A stretch of DNA of 64,000 nt from an uncultured Candidatus Saccharibacteria bacterium (GTDB lineage: Bacteria; Patescibacteriota; Saccharimonadia; Saccharimonadales; AWTP1-31). This document shows positions 1-8,385 of the stretch, piece after piece (positions within the stretch are counted from its first letter, which is position 1; every line of letters starts with the position of its first letter). Both the position numbers and the translations under genes were made by a program. The notes below the pieces were generated by a model that did not search any database, was not told where the DNA came from, and was given only the letters and a program-made list of their open reading frames with translations. Location of the stretch: the NCBI GenBank assembly GCA_964536985.1, contig CAZIBG010000002.1:18738-82737 (forward strand), in the 5' to 3' direction.

Positions 1-942
1 TGAAATAACACTTTTAATCTGAGCAACATGCCCTGTATATAGGCCACCATTCCCTCGCATGATTTCGAATAGATCGTAGTTATGTTTCTGTGGCATGATA
101 GATGATCCCGTAAGAAAATCTGGCGGCAAGGAAAAGTAGTCATACTCGGATGTTGTAAACAACAGCATATCTGCGGCAAACTGACTGGCTAATATCATTA
201 CTGGCTCCAGTACTTGCAGCATTTGCATCTCGAAGAAGCCTCGACTGAGTCCGCAATATATTGGATTAGCTTGAGTTTGGGCGAATCCCAAATAATCTGT
301 CGTTAATTGTCTTTCCGGCACAATTGCTTGCCCCTTAAATCCAAATCCTGAACCTGATCCAAGAGGATTTTGATCTACCATTTTTCGCAATGGAATCAAG
401 AATCCACTTACGTCTTGAAGAGCCTGAGCATACGAATCAAGCCACTCACCTACACTTGTTGGCATAGCCTTTTGCATATGTGTATAGCCTGGCATGTCAT
501 ATCTGCTATTCTCTTTAGCGGCATGCGACAAACTACTTTCAAGAATGTGGATCAGTTGGCTTATTATCTCCAACTGATCCTTCATATACAGACGTAGCAT
601 AACTAAAGACTGGTCATTGCGGCTTCTTAGGAAGTGTACCTTCTTGGCAATATTCCCCGTTTTTTCGATTAAGTACGACTCTAGAAAACTGTGCCCATCC
701 TCGAAGTCTTCGGGTATAGCGAAGCTTTGTGGCAAATCTTGGGCTAACAAATCGAGCTCCTCGACAAGCTTATTGCACTCTTTCTTAGTCAGGATTTCGA
801 TCGCCATCAACATGTTTATGTGCGCTTTGGTTGCGTGTATGTCATAGGCCAGTAGCTTACCATCAACTATGTTATCATTGCCTTTAGTATACCGTTCCAC
901 CAAAGGGTTTATATTGTAGTCACCCCAGATTTTTTTAGTCAT
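1..942 (-). CDS. argH: Argininosuccinate lyase (duplicate copy, 3' end outside window)
   Basis: Same sequence as 4239-5180, the 5' part of the full argH. Confidence 0.9.
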   Translation of the reverse strand, partial: MTKKIWGDYNINPLVERYTKGNDNIVDGKLLAYDIHATKAHINMLMAIEILTKKECNKLVEELDLLAQDLPQSFAIPEDFEDGHSFLESYLIEKTGNIAKKVHFLRSRNDQSLVMLRLYMKDQLEIISQLIHILESSLSHAAKENSRYDMPGYTHMQKAMPTSVGEWLDSYAQALQDVSGFLIPLRKMVDQNPLGSGSGFGFKGQAIVPERQLTTDYLGFAQTQANPIYCGLSRGFFEMQMLQVLEPVMILASQFAADMLLFTTSEYDYFSLPPDFLTGSSIMPQKHNYDLFEIMRGNGGLYTGHVAQIKSVIS

Positions 943-1447
943 GAGTATCTCCGGCCGGAAAGTCGTAGGTAAATCTCTTTCTTCCCGCTTCGTTTATCTC
1001 TTCTTTACCCCACATCCAATAGCAACTACTTGTAAATCCCAGCTTCTTTGCAACCGACTGGGAATGAGAGTTAAAAAATCCCGTCACTCCTTGTGCAGCC
1101 GGTTGATCGTTATAGAAACCATCGTCCGTTAGCATCAAAACGAGATCCGTATTAAGTCCCTTGCCTTGCCAATCGGGCAGCGTGGCGCATGAGCCAAGCA
1201 GCAAATAGTGGTGCGATTGCCAACTGTCATGGTTTCGCTTGTCCACTATTTCTTCTACTGATTTAATACTTGCCATGGCGACCACAATACCTTCGATGAC
1301 AGTAATTGCGGTGGCCTTGTTCTCCATCAAACTCTCCACGCTAACCGGCAGCATTTCAGCTTGTTCCTGCGCATACTGCACTATCGGTCCAAAATCCGCC
1401 TCAGTTGGATGCGGAAATTGACCATTTTCTATTATTCCTTGTAACAT
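935..1447 (-). CDS. GNAT-family acetyltransferase, possibly short ArgA-type N-acetylglutamate synthase (copy 1)
   Basis: GNAT motif A 'LGSCATLPDWQGKGL' and 'N..SQSVAKKLGF'. Overlaps the argH start. Start placed at ATG 1447 behind AAGGA. Confidence 0.7.
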   Translation of the reverse strand: MLQGIIENGQFPHPTEADFGPIVQYAQEQAEMLPVSVESLMENKATAITVIEGIVVAMASIKSVEEIVDKRNHDSWQSHHYLLLGSCATLPDWQGKGLNTDLVLMLTDDGFYNDQPAAQGVTGFFNSHSQSVAKKLGFTSSCYWMWGKEEINEAGRKRFTYDFPAGDTHD

Positions 1448-1462
1448 ATATTTCCTTAACAA

Positions 1463-1491
1463 ATTAAAAGCCCCTTATGAACAAAGGGGCT
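1463..1491 (-). terminator. Attenuator terminator upstream of GNAT-argH (copy 1)
   Basis: Minus strand AGCCCCTT-tgttcat-AAGGGGCT followed by TTTAATTT. Confidence 0.8.
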
Positions 1492-1518
1492 GCTAAGGCT
1501 TATATATTTAGAGTAATC

Positions 1519-1587
1519 TCAAGAGCAGTCCCCGGACATACGGGTGCTGCGGCGGTTCTGTAGGATAGTGAAGTTTGAGATCTTCAT
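1519..1587 (-). CDS. Putative arginine attenuator leader peptide MKISNFTILQNRRSTRMSGDCS (copy 1)
   Basis: 22-aa ORF with CGC CGC AGC ACC CGT overlapping mutually exclusive hairpins, ahead of a terminator and argH. Confidence 0.7.
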   Translation of the reverse strand: MKISNFTILQNRRSTRMSGDCS

Positions 1588-1594
1588 AAACACT

Positions 1595-1623
1595 ACGATA
1601 CCATGCTATTACGTTAATGTCTA
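1595..1623 (-). promoter_or_regulatory. sigma70-type promoter of the leader (probably leaderless transcript)
   Basis: TAGACA-17 nt-TATCGT with TG extension. The -10 box ends 7 nt before the leader ATG. Confidence 0.55.
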
Positions 1624-2280
1624 CTCTTCTGAGAATAGGTATTTACAAAACTCTGGTCCACGTTCGGAAACACTTGTAATGCTTTCGTCGATAACTACAT
1701 CCACTCCAAATTCGCCAACATCTTTTTTAGCGAACTGTTCTTCGGTTTCATGATGTACGAAAACGGAGTCTCCGTTTTGGCTACTGAAGCCGTTAACTTG
1801 GTTTTCTAGTTCGGCTTTAAGCGCGCAGGATAGTTCCTCTTGGTCGGAATATCTACTATCTGTAATGAAACTCGCTTTTTTTACCTGAACAACATCACCT
1901 ATAAGCTGTAACCGTAATTTGGTGGTGTCTTCGAACTCTTCTGGCTCAAGAGCCCACACTTCGCCAGTTACACCAAATCTAGCACCAGAACTGGTAGTCA
2001 AAATCTTATCGAGAGGCTTATGATCGAACTCCTCAACCACGTCAGCTTTGTCGGCTATTGTCATGGCTTTGCGGATTGTTGGTATTAAGCCAATTGTAAC
2101 GCCTAGAATAACTGGTGCGAGTGCCACGCAAGCAGCTTTCTTGAGCTGCTCACGAGAAGGAGTCCTTCTTTTCTTTTCTATAGGAGCGGCGGCGGCGCGC
2201 TCTGCTAACCAGTCGTTGCGGGCAGATGTCACAAAGCGTTCTAGCTCATGATCGCCAATGCTACGGTAGTTTTGGTCCAT
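1621..2280 (-). CDS. Hypothetical single-pass membrane protein (copy 1)
   Basis: Hydrophobic segment AACVALAPVILGVTIGLI. Start placed at MDQNY, 2 nt after the upstream stop. Confidence 0.7.
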   Translation of the reverse strand: MDQNYRSIGDHELERFVTSARNDWLAERAAAAPIEKKRRTPSREQLKKAACVALAPVILGVTIGLIPTIRKAMTIADKADVVEEFDHKPLDKILTTSSGARFGVTGEVWALEPEEFEDTTKLRLQLIGDVVQVKKASFITDSRYSDQEELSCALKAELENQVNGFSSQNGDSVFVHHETEEQFAKKDVGEFGVDVVIDESITSVSERGPEFCKYLFSEE

Positions 2281-2282
2281 GA

Positions 2283-3752
2283 CTAGATCTCTTCCCACAC
2301 CTTTTTTTGCGCTTCTAGTAAATCCCAACCGGCCCAGTTTGGCACATCCGCAACAGCAACAAAGACGCCGTCAGGATACGTATTGTCACGTTCTTCTTCT
2401 GCAACACGATACTCCTGATGTACTCCTGTAATTTCTGCACCAGAGCCTCCGGCAACAATTTTGAGTGCTCGCATGAACTCATCCATGCCTCTGTTGTCGA
2501 AATTTAACAAGTCATAGTCTGGCATGCCGTCTTCGCTAAAACCTGAACCGCGGGTGGTCATAGTTAGTATCTGTCGATTCTCTTCGTCAAAATGCAAACG
2601 CACGTAATTGTTGTAGTCGAGTCCGCCAACATTCACATCTAACTCCGGGTAATCTAGCCGGTTTTGACTGATAGAATTATTCAGATATAGACCGTCAACT
2701 TCCGCTATATAGGGGTCGTCGACACTTTTCTTATAGCCAACTTCGTAGCGCGAAAGCATCCTATCTAACACCGTACTTTTTGCTTCTAAGGCCAGATATA
2801 TTGCTTCGTCGGCAATATTATCCTGGTCAACAAGCTGTGCTAGAAGACCCGATAAATAATCGGATGTTCTGTCGCCTAAACCAGGCTTTGAATGGTTAAG
2901 CATGTCTACCAGGGCAGTTATTGTAGGCAAAGTACGTGATTCCAAACTATATGTATCAGAATCTGTTCTTATGCGTCGTGCTGCCTGTGCGGGAGTCATC
3001 GCCCCTCGTGTAGCAGCCTCGGTATATCGATCTTGTTGCTCAGTCTCATCAAAATTAGTTCGCGCCCAAAGGTCAGCAACGTCAGCGGGGTTCAGTGTTA
3101 ATAAATCCATAAATTCATCAATAACAAGATTTCTATTCTTTGGGTCTAGCGGACAGTCTTTTTCAAATTGGCTTATGATATGATCCGTTAAAAGATATTC
3201 AGCGCCATGACTATGACGAGTTGCGTCTTGACCAATATAAATTCCAAAAACTTTATCACCACCAATAGACATCGATCGCTCACCCTCAAGTCCGTCGAAT
3301 GAAATTTGAATAGTGTCAACCTTGATGGCATCTAGAAGTTCGCGGGGCATTTTATCTACAAAGTTAAAAAAGCTTCTGAGTGCATAATCTGCGTCTTCAC
3401 GCTTCTCGCCAGCTAGTGTTCCGATGTTTCTGTCAAAACTGTAGCCGGTAGTTGCAATTCTGCTATTTACGGTTTCGACTAGAGCACCAGTTTCCGCCTC
3501 TTCGCCGAGATCTCCAATACCCAAGCCAACTTCCACGGGTTTTTCGCCGGCAGTCTTTAGATAATCATAGGTTTGGTACGTAAGGGCGTCACGTTCAAGG
3601 GTTGACATACGGCAAGCCACAGCACCAATCGGCTGTGTAGATAGTTCTGGACTTCGGTCGGCGCTGTTTATTGCGCTCTCCGTGGATACAGACGGGATTA
3701 GGCTAAGTGCTGCGATTGTTGCACCGGCACGTAACATATCGATGTTTTTCAT
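2283..3752 (-). CDS. Hypothetical acidic secreted or surface protein, 489 aa (copy 1)
   Basis: Signal-like N-terminus, GAAGGA RBS, no recognisable domain. Confidence 0.75.
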   Translation of the reverse strand: MKNIDMLRAGATIAALSLIPSVSTESAINSADRSPELSTQPIGAVACRMSTLERDALTYQTYDYLKTAGEKPVEVGLGIGDLGEEAETGALVETVNSRIATTGYSFDRNIGTLAGEKREDADYALRSFFNFVDKMPRELLDAIKVDTIQISFDGLEGERSMSIGGDKVFGIYIGQDATRHSHGAEYLLTDHIISQFEKDCPLDPKNRNLVIDEFMDLLTLNPADVADLWARTNFDETEQQDRYTEAATRGAMTPAQAARRIRTDSDTYSLESRTLPTITALVDMLNHSKPGLGDRTSDYLSGLLAQLVDQDNIADEAIYLALEAKSTVLDRMLSRYEVGYKKSVDDPYIAEVDGLYLNNSISQNRLDYPELDVNVGGLDYNNYVRLHFDEENRQILTMTTRGSGFSEDGMPDYDLLNFDNRGMDEFMRALKIVAGGSGAEITGVHQEYRVAEEERDNTYPDGVFVAVADVPNWAGWDLLEAQKKVWEEI

Positions 3753-3815
3753 AAATTTCCTTCGTGTTATTTTCTGGTAGAGAGGGTCCAGAACACTCAG
3801 GATATGAGAGTTGCT

Positions 3816-3891
3816 AGTTGCCCGGTTACGCTACTGACTCCACAATACTCAAGCGTCCAAATTACGAGTTATTGCTTCACGGTCTACAACC
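3816..3891 (-). ncRNA. c-di-GMP-II-like riboswitch (copy A)
   Basis: GGUUG-UA-GAC-CGUGAA-P3-UUUGG-ACGC-UU-P3'-GGA-GUC-AGUA-GCGU-AA-CCGG-G-CAACU. The P1/P2/kink-turn/P3/pseudoknot layout matches class II. Upstream TTGACA (3936-3941) and TACGCT (3912-3917). Confidence 0.75.
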
Positions 3892-3986
3892 AAATTGCTT
3901 TGATTAACCACAGCGTACTATGGAAGTTTGTTTGCTGTCAACAAAGTTACATAAAATCTATACTTTTTAGATCTAAAATGTTGTAA

Positions 3987-5180
3987 TTACTGTGCTTCAT
4001 ACTCTTTTTTTATCTTAATATAGGCATCTCTAAATGGTAGACCACTCGCAACAAGGTCGTTAGCCTTTTGCGTTAAATACAAGTCGGGGCTCATGGCTGC
4101 ATCTAATTTTTGCTTGTTCACCACAATAACATCTACAGAATCAGTCCAAACATTTATGGTTGAAGTTAACAATTCCAGTCCCTCTATGAATGGTTTTTTA
4201 GTGAGCTGCAGGTCTCTCTGATAGCCTGATGTTTTCTTTGAAATAACACTTTTAATCTGAGCAACATGCCCTGTATATAGGCCACCATTCCCTCGCATGA
4301 TTTCGAATAGATCGTAGTTATGTTTCTGTGGCATGATAGATGATCCCGTAAGAAAATCTGGCGGCAAGGAAAAGTAGTCATACTCGGATGTTGTAAACAA
4401 CAGCATATCTGCGGCAAACTGACTGGCTAATATCATTACTGGCTCCAGTACTTGCAGCATTTGCATCTCGAAGAAGCCTCGACTGAGTCCGCAATATATT
4501 GGATTAGCTTGAGTTTGGGCGAATCCCAAATAATCTGTCGTTAATTGTCTTTCCGGCACAATTGCTTGCCCCTTAAATCCAAATCCTGAACCTGATCCAA
4601 GAGGATTTTGATCTACCATTTTTCGCAATGGAATCAAGAATCCACTTACGTCTTGAAGAGCCTGAGCATACGAATCAAGCCACTCACCTACACTTGTTGG
4701 CATAGCCTTTTGCATATGTGTATAGCCTGGCATGTCATATCTGCTATTCTCTTTAGCGGCATGCGACAAACTACTTTCAAGAATGTGGATCAGTTGGCTT
4801 ATTATCTCCAACTGATCCTTCATATACAGACGTAGCATAACTAAAGACTGGTCATTGCGGCTTCTTAGGAAGTGTACCTTCTTGGCAATATTCCCCGTTT
4901 TTTCGATTAAGTACGACTCTAGAAAACTGTGCCCATCCTCGAAGTCTTCGGGTATAGCGAAGCTTTGTGGCAAATCTTGGGCTAACAAATCGAGCTCCTC
5001 GACAAGCTTATTGCACTCTTTCTTAGTCAGGATTTCGATCGCCATCAACATGTTTATGTGCGCTTTGGTTGCGTGTATGTCATAGGCCAGTAGCTTACCA
5101 TCAACTATGTTATCATTGCCTTTAGTATACCGTTCCACCAAAGGGTTTATATTGTAGTCACCCCAGATTTTTTTAGTCAT
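3987..5180 (-). CDS. argH: Argininosuccinate lyase
   Basis: Signature motifs 'RSRNDQ', 'PGYTHMQKA', 'TGSSIMPQKHN', 'GYQRDLQ', 'GLPFRDAY'. Confidence 0.95.
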   Translation of the reverse strand: MTKKIWGDYNINPLVERYTKGNDNIVDGKLLAYDIHATKAHINMLMAIEILTKKECNKLVEELDLLAQDLPQSFAIPEDFEDGHSFLESYLIEKTGNIAKKVHFLRSRNDQSLVMLRLYMKDQLEIISQLIHILESSLSHAAKENSRYDMPGYTHMQKAMPTSVGEWLDSYAQALQDVSGFLIPLRKMVDQNPLGSGSGFGFKGQAIVPERQLTTDYLGFAQTQANPIYCGLSRGFFEMQMLQVLEPVMILASQFAADMLLFTTSEYDYFSLPPDFLTGSSIMPQKHNYDLFEIMRGNGGLYTGHVAQIKSVISKKTSGYQRDLQLTKKPFIEGLELLTSTINVWTDSVDVIVVNKQKLDAAMSPDLYLTQKANDLVASGLPFRDAYIKIKKEYEAQ

Positions 5181-5685
5181 GAGTATCTCCGGCCGGAAAG
5201 TCGTAGGTAAATCTCTTTCTTCCCGCTTCGTTTATCTCTTCTTTACCCCACATCCAATAGCAACTACTTGTAAATCCCAGCTTCTTTGCAACCGACTGGG
5301 AATGAGAGTTAAAAAATCCCGTCACTCCTTGTGCAGCCGGTTGATCGTTATAGAAACCATCGTCCGTTAGCATCAAAACGAGATCCGTATTAAGTCCCTT
5401 GCCTTGCCAATCGGGCAGCGTGGCGCATGAGCCAAGCAGCAAATAGTGGTGCGATTGCCAACTGTCATGGTTTCGCTTGTCCACTATTTCTTCTACTGAT
5501 TTAATACTTGCCATGGCGACCACAATACCTTCGATGACAGTAATTGCGGTGGCCTTGTTCTCCATCAAACTCTCCACGCTAACCGGCAGCATTTCAGCTT
5601 GTTCCTGCGCATACTGCACTATCGGTCCAAAATCCGCCTCAGTTGGATGCGGAAATTGACCATTTTCTATTATTCCTTGTAACAT
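5173..5685 (-). CDS. GNAT-family acetyltransferase, possibly ArgA-like (copy 2)
   Basis: Identical to 935-1447. Confidence 0.7.
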   Translation of the reverse strand: MLQGIIENGQFPHPTEADFGPIVQYAQEQAEMLPVSVESLMENKATAITVIEGIVVAMASIKSVEEIVDKRNHDSWQSHHYLLLGSCATLPDWQGKGLNTDLVLMLTDDGFYNDQPAAQGVTGFFNSHSQSVAKKLGFTSSCYWMWGKEEINEAGRKRFTYDFPAGDTHD

Positions 5686-5700
5686 ATATTTCCTTAACAA

Positions 5701-5729
5701 ATTAAAAGCCCCTTATGAACAAAGGGGCT
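5701..5729 (-). terminator. Attenuator terminator (copy 2)
   Basis: Identical to 1463-1491. Confidence 0.8.
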
Positions 5730-5756
5730 GCTAAGGCTTATATATTTAGAGTAATC

Positions 5757-5825
5757 TCAAGAGCAGTCCCCGGACATACGGGTGCTGCGGCGGTTCTGTA
5801 GGATAGTGAAGTTTGAGATCTTCAT
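5757..5825 (-). CDS. Putative arginine attenuator leader peptide (copy 2)
   Basis: Identical to 1519-1587. Confidence 0.7.
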   Translation of the reverse strand: MKISNFTILQNRRSTRMSGDCS

Positions 5826-5858
5826 AAACACTACGATACCATGCTATTACGTTAATGT

Positions 5859-6518
5859 CTACTCTTCTGAGAATAGGTATTTACAAAACTCTGGTCCACG
5901 TTCGGAAACACTTGTAATGCTTTCGTCGATAACTACATCCACTCCAAATTCGCCAACATCTTTTTTAGCGAACTGTTCTTCGGTTTCATGATGTACGAAA
6001 ACGGAGTCTCCGTTTTGGCTACTGAAGCCGTTAACTTGGTTTTCTAGTTCGGCTTTAAGCGCGCAGGATAGTTCCTCTTGGTCGGAATATCTACTATCTG
6101 TAATGAAACTCGCTTTTTTTACCTGAACAACATCACCTATAAGCTGTAACCGTAATTTGGTGGTGTCTTCGAACTCTTCTGGCTCAAGAGCCCACACTTC
6201 GCCAGTTACACCAAATCTAGCACCAGAACTGGTAGTCAAAATCTTATCGAGAGGCTTATGATCGAACTCCTCAACCACGTCAGCTTTGTCGGCTATTGTC
6301 ATGGCTTTGCGGATTGTTGGTATTAAGCCAATTGTAACGCCTAGAATAACTGGTGCGAGTGCCACGCAAGCAGCTTTCTTGAGCTGCTCACGAGAAGGAG
6401 TCCTTCTTTTCTTTTCTATAGGAGCGGCGGCGGCGCGCTCTGCTAACCAGTCGTTGCGGGCAGATGTCACAAAGCGTTCTAGCTCATGATCGCCAATGCT
6501 ACGGTAGTTTTGGTCCAT
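5859..6518 (-). CDS. Hypothetical single-pass membrane protein (copy 2)
   Basis: Identical to 1621-2280. Confidence 0.7.
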   Translation of the reverse strand: MDQNYRSIGDHELERFVTSARNDWLAERAAAAPIEKKRRTPSREQLKKAACVALAPVILGVTIGLIPTIRKAMTIADKADVVEEFDHKPLDKILTTSSGARFGVTGEVWALEPEEFEDTTKLRLQLIGDVVQVKKASFITDSRYSDQEELSCALKAELENQVNGFSSQNGDSVFVHHETEEQFAKKDVGEFGVDVVIDESITSVSERGPEFCKYLFSEE

Positions 6519-6520
6519 GA

Positions 6521-7990
6521 CTAGATCTCTTCCCACACCTTTTTTTGCGCTTCTAGTAAATCCCAACCGGCCCAGTTTGGCACATCCGCAACAGCAACAA
6601 AGACGCCGTCAGGATACGTATTGTCACGTTCTTCTTCTGCAACACGATACTCCTGATGTACTCCTGTAATTTCTGCACCAGAGCCTCCGGCAACAATTTT
6701 GAGTGCTCGCATGAACTCATCCATGCCTCTGTTGTCGAAATTTAACAAGTCATAGTCTGGCATGCCGTCTTCGCTAAAACCTGAACCGCGGGTGGTCATA
6801 GTTAGTATCTGTCGATTCTCTTCGTCAAAATGCAAACGCACGTAATTGTTGTAGTCGAGTCCGCCAACATTCACATCTAACTCCGGGTAATCTAGCCGGT
6901 TTTGACTGATAGAATTATTCAGATATAGACCGTCAACTTCCGCTATATAGGGGTCGTCGACACTTTTCTTATAGCCAACTTCGTAGCGCGAAAGCATCCT
7001 ATCTAACACCGTACTTTTTGCTTCTAAGGCCAGATATATTGCTTCGTCGGCAATATTATCCTGGTCAACAAGCTGTGCTAGAAGACCCGATAAATAATCG
7101 GATGTTCTGTCGCCTAAACCAGGCTTTGAATGGTTAAGCATGTCTACCAGGGCAGTTATTGTAGGCAAAGTACGTGATTCCAAACTATATGTATCAGAAT
7201 CTGTTCTTATGCGTCGTGCTGCCTGTGCGGGAGTCATCGCCCCTCGTGTAGCAGCCTCGGTATATCGATCTTGTTGCTCAGTCTCATCAAAATTAGTTCG
7301 CGCCCAAAGGTCAGCAACGTCAGCGGGGTTCAGTGTTAATAAATCCATAAATTCATCAATAACAAGATTTCTATTCTTTGGGTCTAGCGGACAGTCTTTT
7401 TCAAATTGGCTTATGATATGATCCGTTAAAAGATATTCAGCGCCATGACTATGACGAGTTGCGTCTTGACCAATATAAATTCCAAAAACTTTATCACCAC
7501 CAATAGACATCGATCGCTCACCCTCAAGTCCGTCGAATGAAATTTGAATAGTGTCAACCTTGATGGCATCTAGAAGTTCGCGGGGCATTTTATCTACAAA
7601 GTTAAAAAAGCTTCTGAGTGCATAATCTGCGTCTTCACGCTTCTCGCCAGCTAGTGTTCCGATGTTTCTGTCAAAACTGTAGCCGGTAGTTGCAATTCTG
7701 CTATTTACGGTTTCGACTAGAGCACCAGTTTCCGCCTCTTCGCCGAGATCTCCAATACCCAAGCCAACTTCCACGGGTTTTTCGCCGGCAGTCTTTAGAT
7801 AATCATAGGTTTGGTACGTAAGGGCGTCACGTTCAAGGGTTGACATACGGCAAGCCACAGCACCAATCGGCTGTGTAGATAGTTCTGGACTTCGGTCGGC
7901 GCTGTTTATTGCGCTCTCCGTGGATACAGACGGGATTAGGCTAAGTGCTGCGATTGTTGCACCGGCACGTAACATATCGATGTTTTTCAT
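6521..7990 (-). CDS. Hypothetical acidic secreted or surface protein (copy 2)
   Basis: Identical to 2283-3752. Confidence 0.75.
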   Translation of the reverse strand: MKNIDMLRAGATIAALSLIPSVSTESAINSADRSPELSTQPIGAVACRMSTLERDALTYQTYDYLKTAGEKPVEVGLGIGDLGEEAETGALVETVNSRIATTGYSFDRNIGTLAGEKREDADYALRSFFNFVDKMPRELLDAIKVDTIQISFDGLEGERSMSIGGDKVFGIYIGQDATRHSHGAEYLLTDHIISQFEKDCPLDPKNRNLVIDEFMDLLTLNPADVADLWARTNFDETEQQDRYTEAATRGAMTPAQAARRIRTDSDTYSLESRTLPTITALVDMLNHSKPGLGDRTSDYLSGLLAQLVDQDNIADEAIYLALEAKSTVLDRMLSRYEVGYKKSVDDPYIAEVDGLYLNNSISQNRLDYPELDVNVGGLDYNNYVRLHFDEENRQILTMTTRGSGFSEDGMPDYDLLNFDNRGMDEFMRALKIVAGGSGAEITGVHQEYRVAEEERDNTYPDGVFVAVADVPNWAGWDLLEAQKKVWEEI

Positions 7991-8053
7991 AAATTTCCTT
8001 CGTGTTATTTTCTGGTAGAGAGGGTCCAGAACACTCAGGATATGAGAGTTGCT

Positions 8054-8127
8054 AGTTGCCCGGTTACGCTACTGACTCCACAATACTCAAGCGTCCAAAT
8101 ACGAGTATTGCTTCACGGTCTACAACC
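8054..8127 (-). ncRNA. c-di-GMP-II-like riboswitch (copy B)
   Basis: Same fold as copy A, differing by two 1-nt indels. P3 is GCAAUACUC/GAGUAUUGU and the pseudoknot is ACGCU/AGCGU. Confidence 0.78.
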
Positions 8128-8147
8128 AAATTACTTTGATTAGAAAT

Positions 8148-8176
8148 ATAATACGTCTTTGTGGATTGTTTGTCAA
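8148..8176 (-). promoter_or_regulatory. sigma70-type promoter for riboswitch B
   Basis: TTGACA-17 nt-TATTAT on the minus strand. Confidence 0.65.
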
Positions 8177-8202
8177 TAATTATGTATCGAATGTATTCAA
8201 TC

Positions 8203-8229
8203 AAAAACCCCGGACATTTCTGTCCGGGG
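8203..8229 (-). terminator. Intrinsic terminator, expression platform of riboswitch C
   Basis: CCCCGGACA-GAAA-TGTCCGGGG-TTTTT. Confidence 0.9.
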
Positions 8230-8250
8230 AAACACCACCAGCTGTCTCTC

Positions 8251-8330
8251 CTGTCGTCCGGTTACGCTATTGGCTCATTCACGTATAAGCGTCCAGATTA
8301 CTACGTGAGTTCATCGCCTACGACAGAAAT
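8251..8330 (-). ncRNA. c-di-GMP-II-like riboswitch (copy C)
   Basis: CUGUCG-UA-GGC-GAUGAA-CUCACGUA-GUAA-UCUGG-ACGC-UUA-UACGUGAA-UGA-GCC-AAUA-GCGU-AA-CCGG-A-CGACAG. Compensatory changes relative to copies A and B in P1, P2 and P3. Confidence 0.82.
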
Positions 8331-8346
8331 TGAGTAGGTGGTTCTT

Positions 8347-8376
8347 ATTTTATATCCTATTGATTAGCGTTGTCAA
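8347..8376 (-). promoter_or_regulatory. sigma70-type promoter for riboswitch C
   Basis: TTGACA-18 nt-TAAAAT. Confidence 0.6.
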
Positions 8377-8385
8377 GTATATGAA

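Larger units (their letters stand above)
1..3862. repeat. Copy 1 (left end truncated by the window) of a 4238-bp-period tandem duplication
   Basis: ORF translations in 1-3862 recur identically at +4238. Identity ends after ...gcgtccaaat (3862 vs 8100). Not every base was checked by eye. Confidence 0.95.
4239..8100. repeat. Copy 2 of the tandem duplication
   Basis: Matches 1-3862 at offset 4238. Confidence 0.95.

Noticed and set aside
8251-8330. Alternative identity as an M-box (ykoK) riboswitch or twister ribozyme
   Set aside because: Too short for M-box and lacks twister consensus residues; the kink-turn and pseudoknot layout fits c-di-GMP-II much better.
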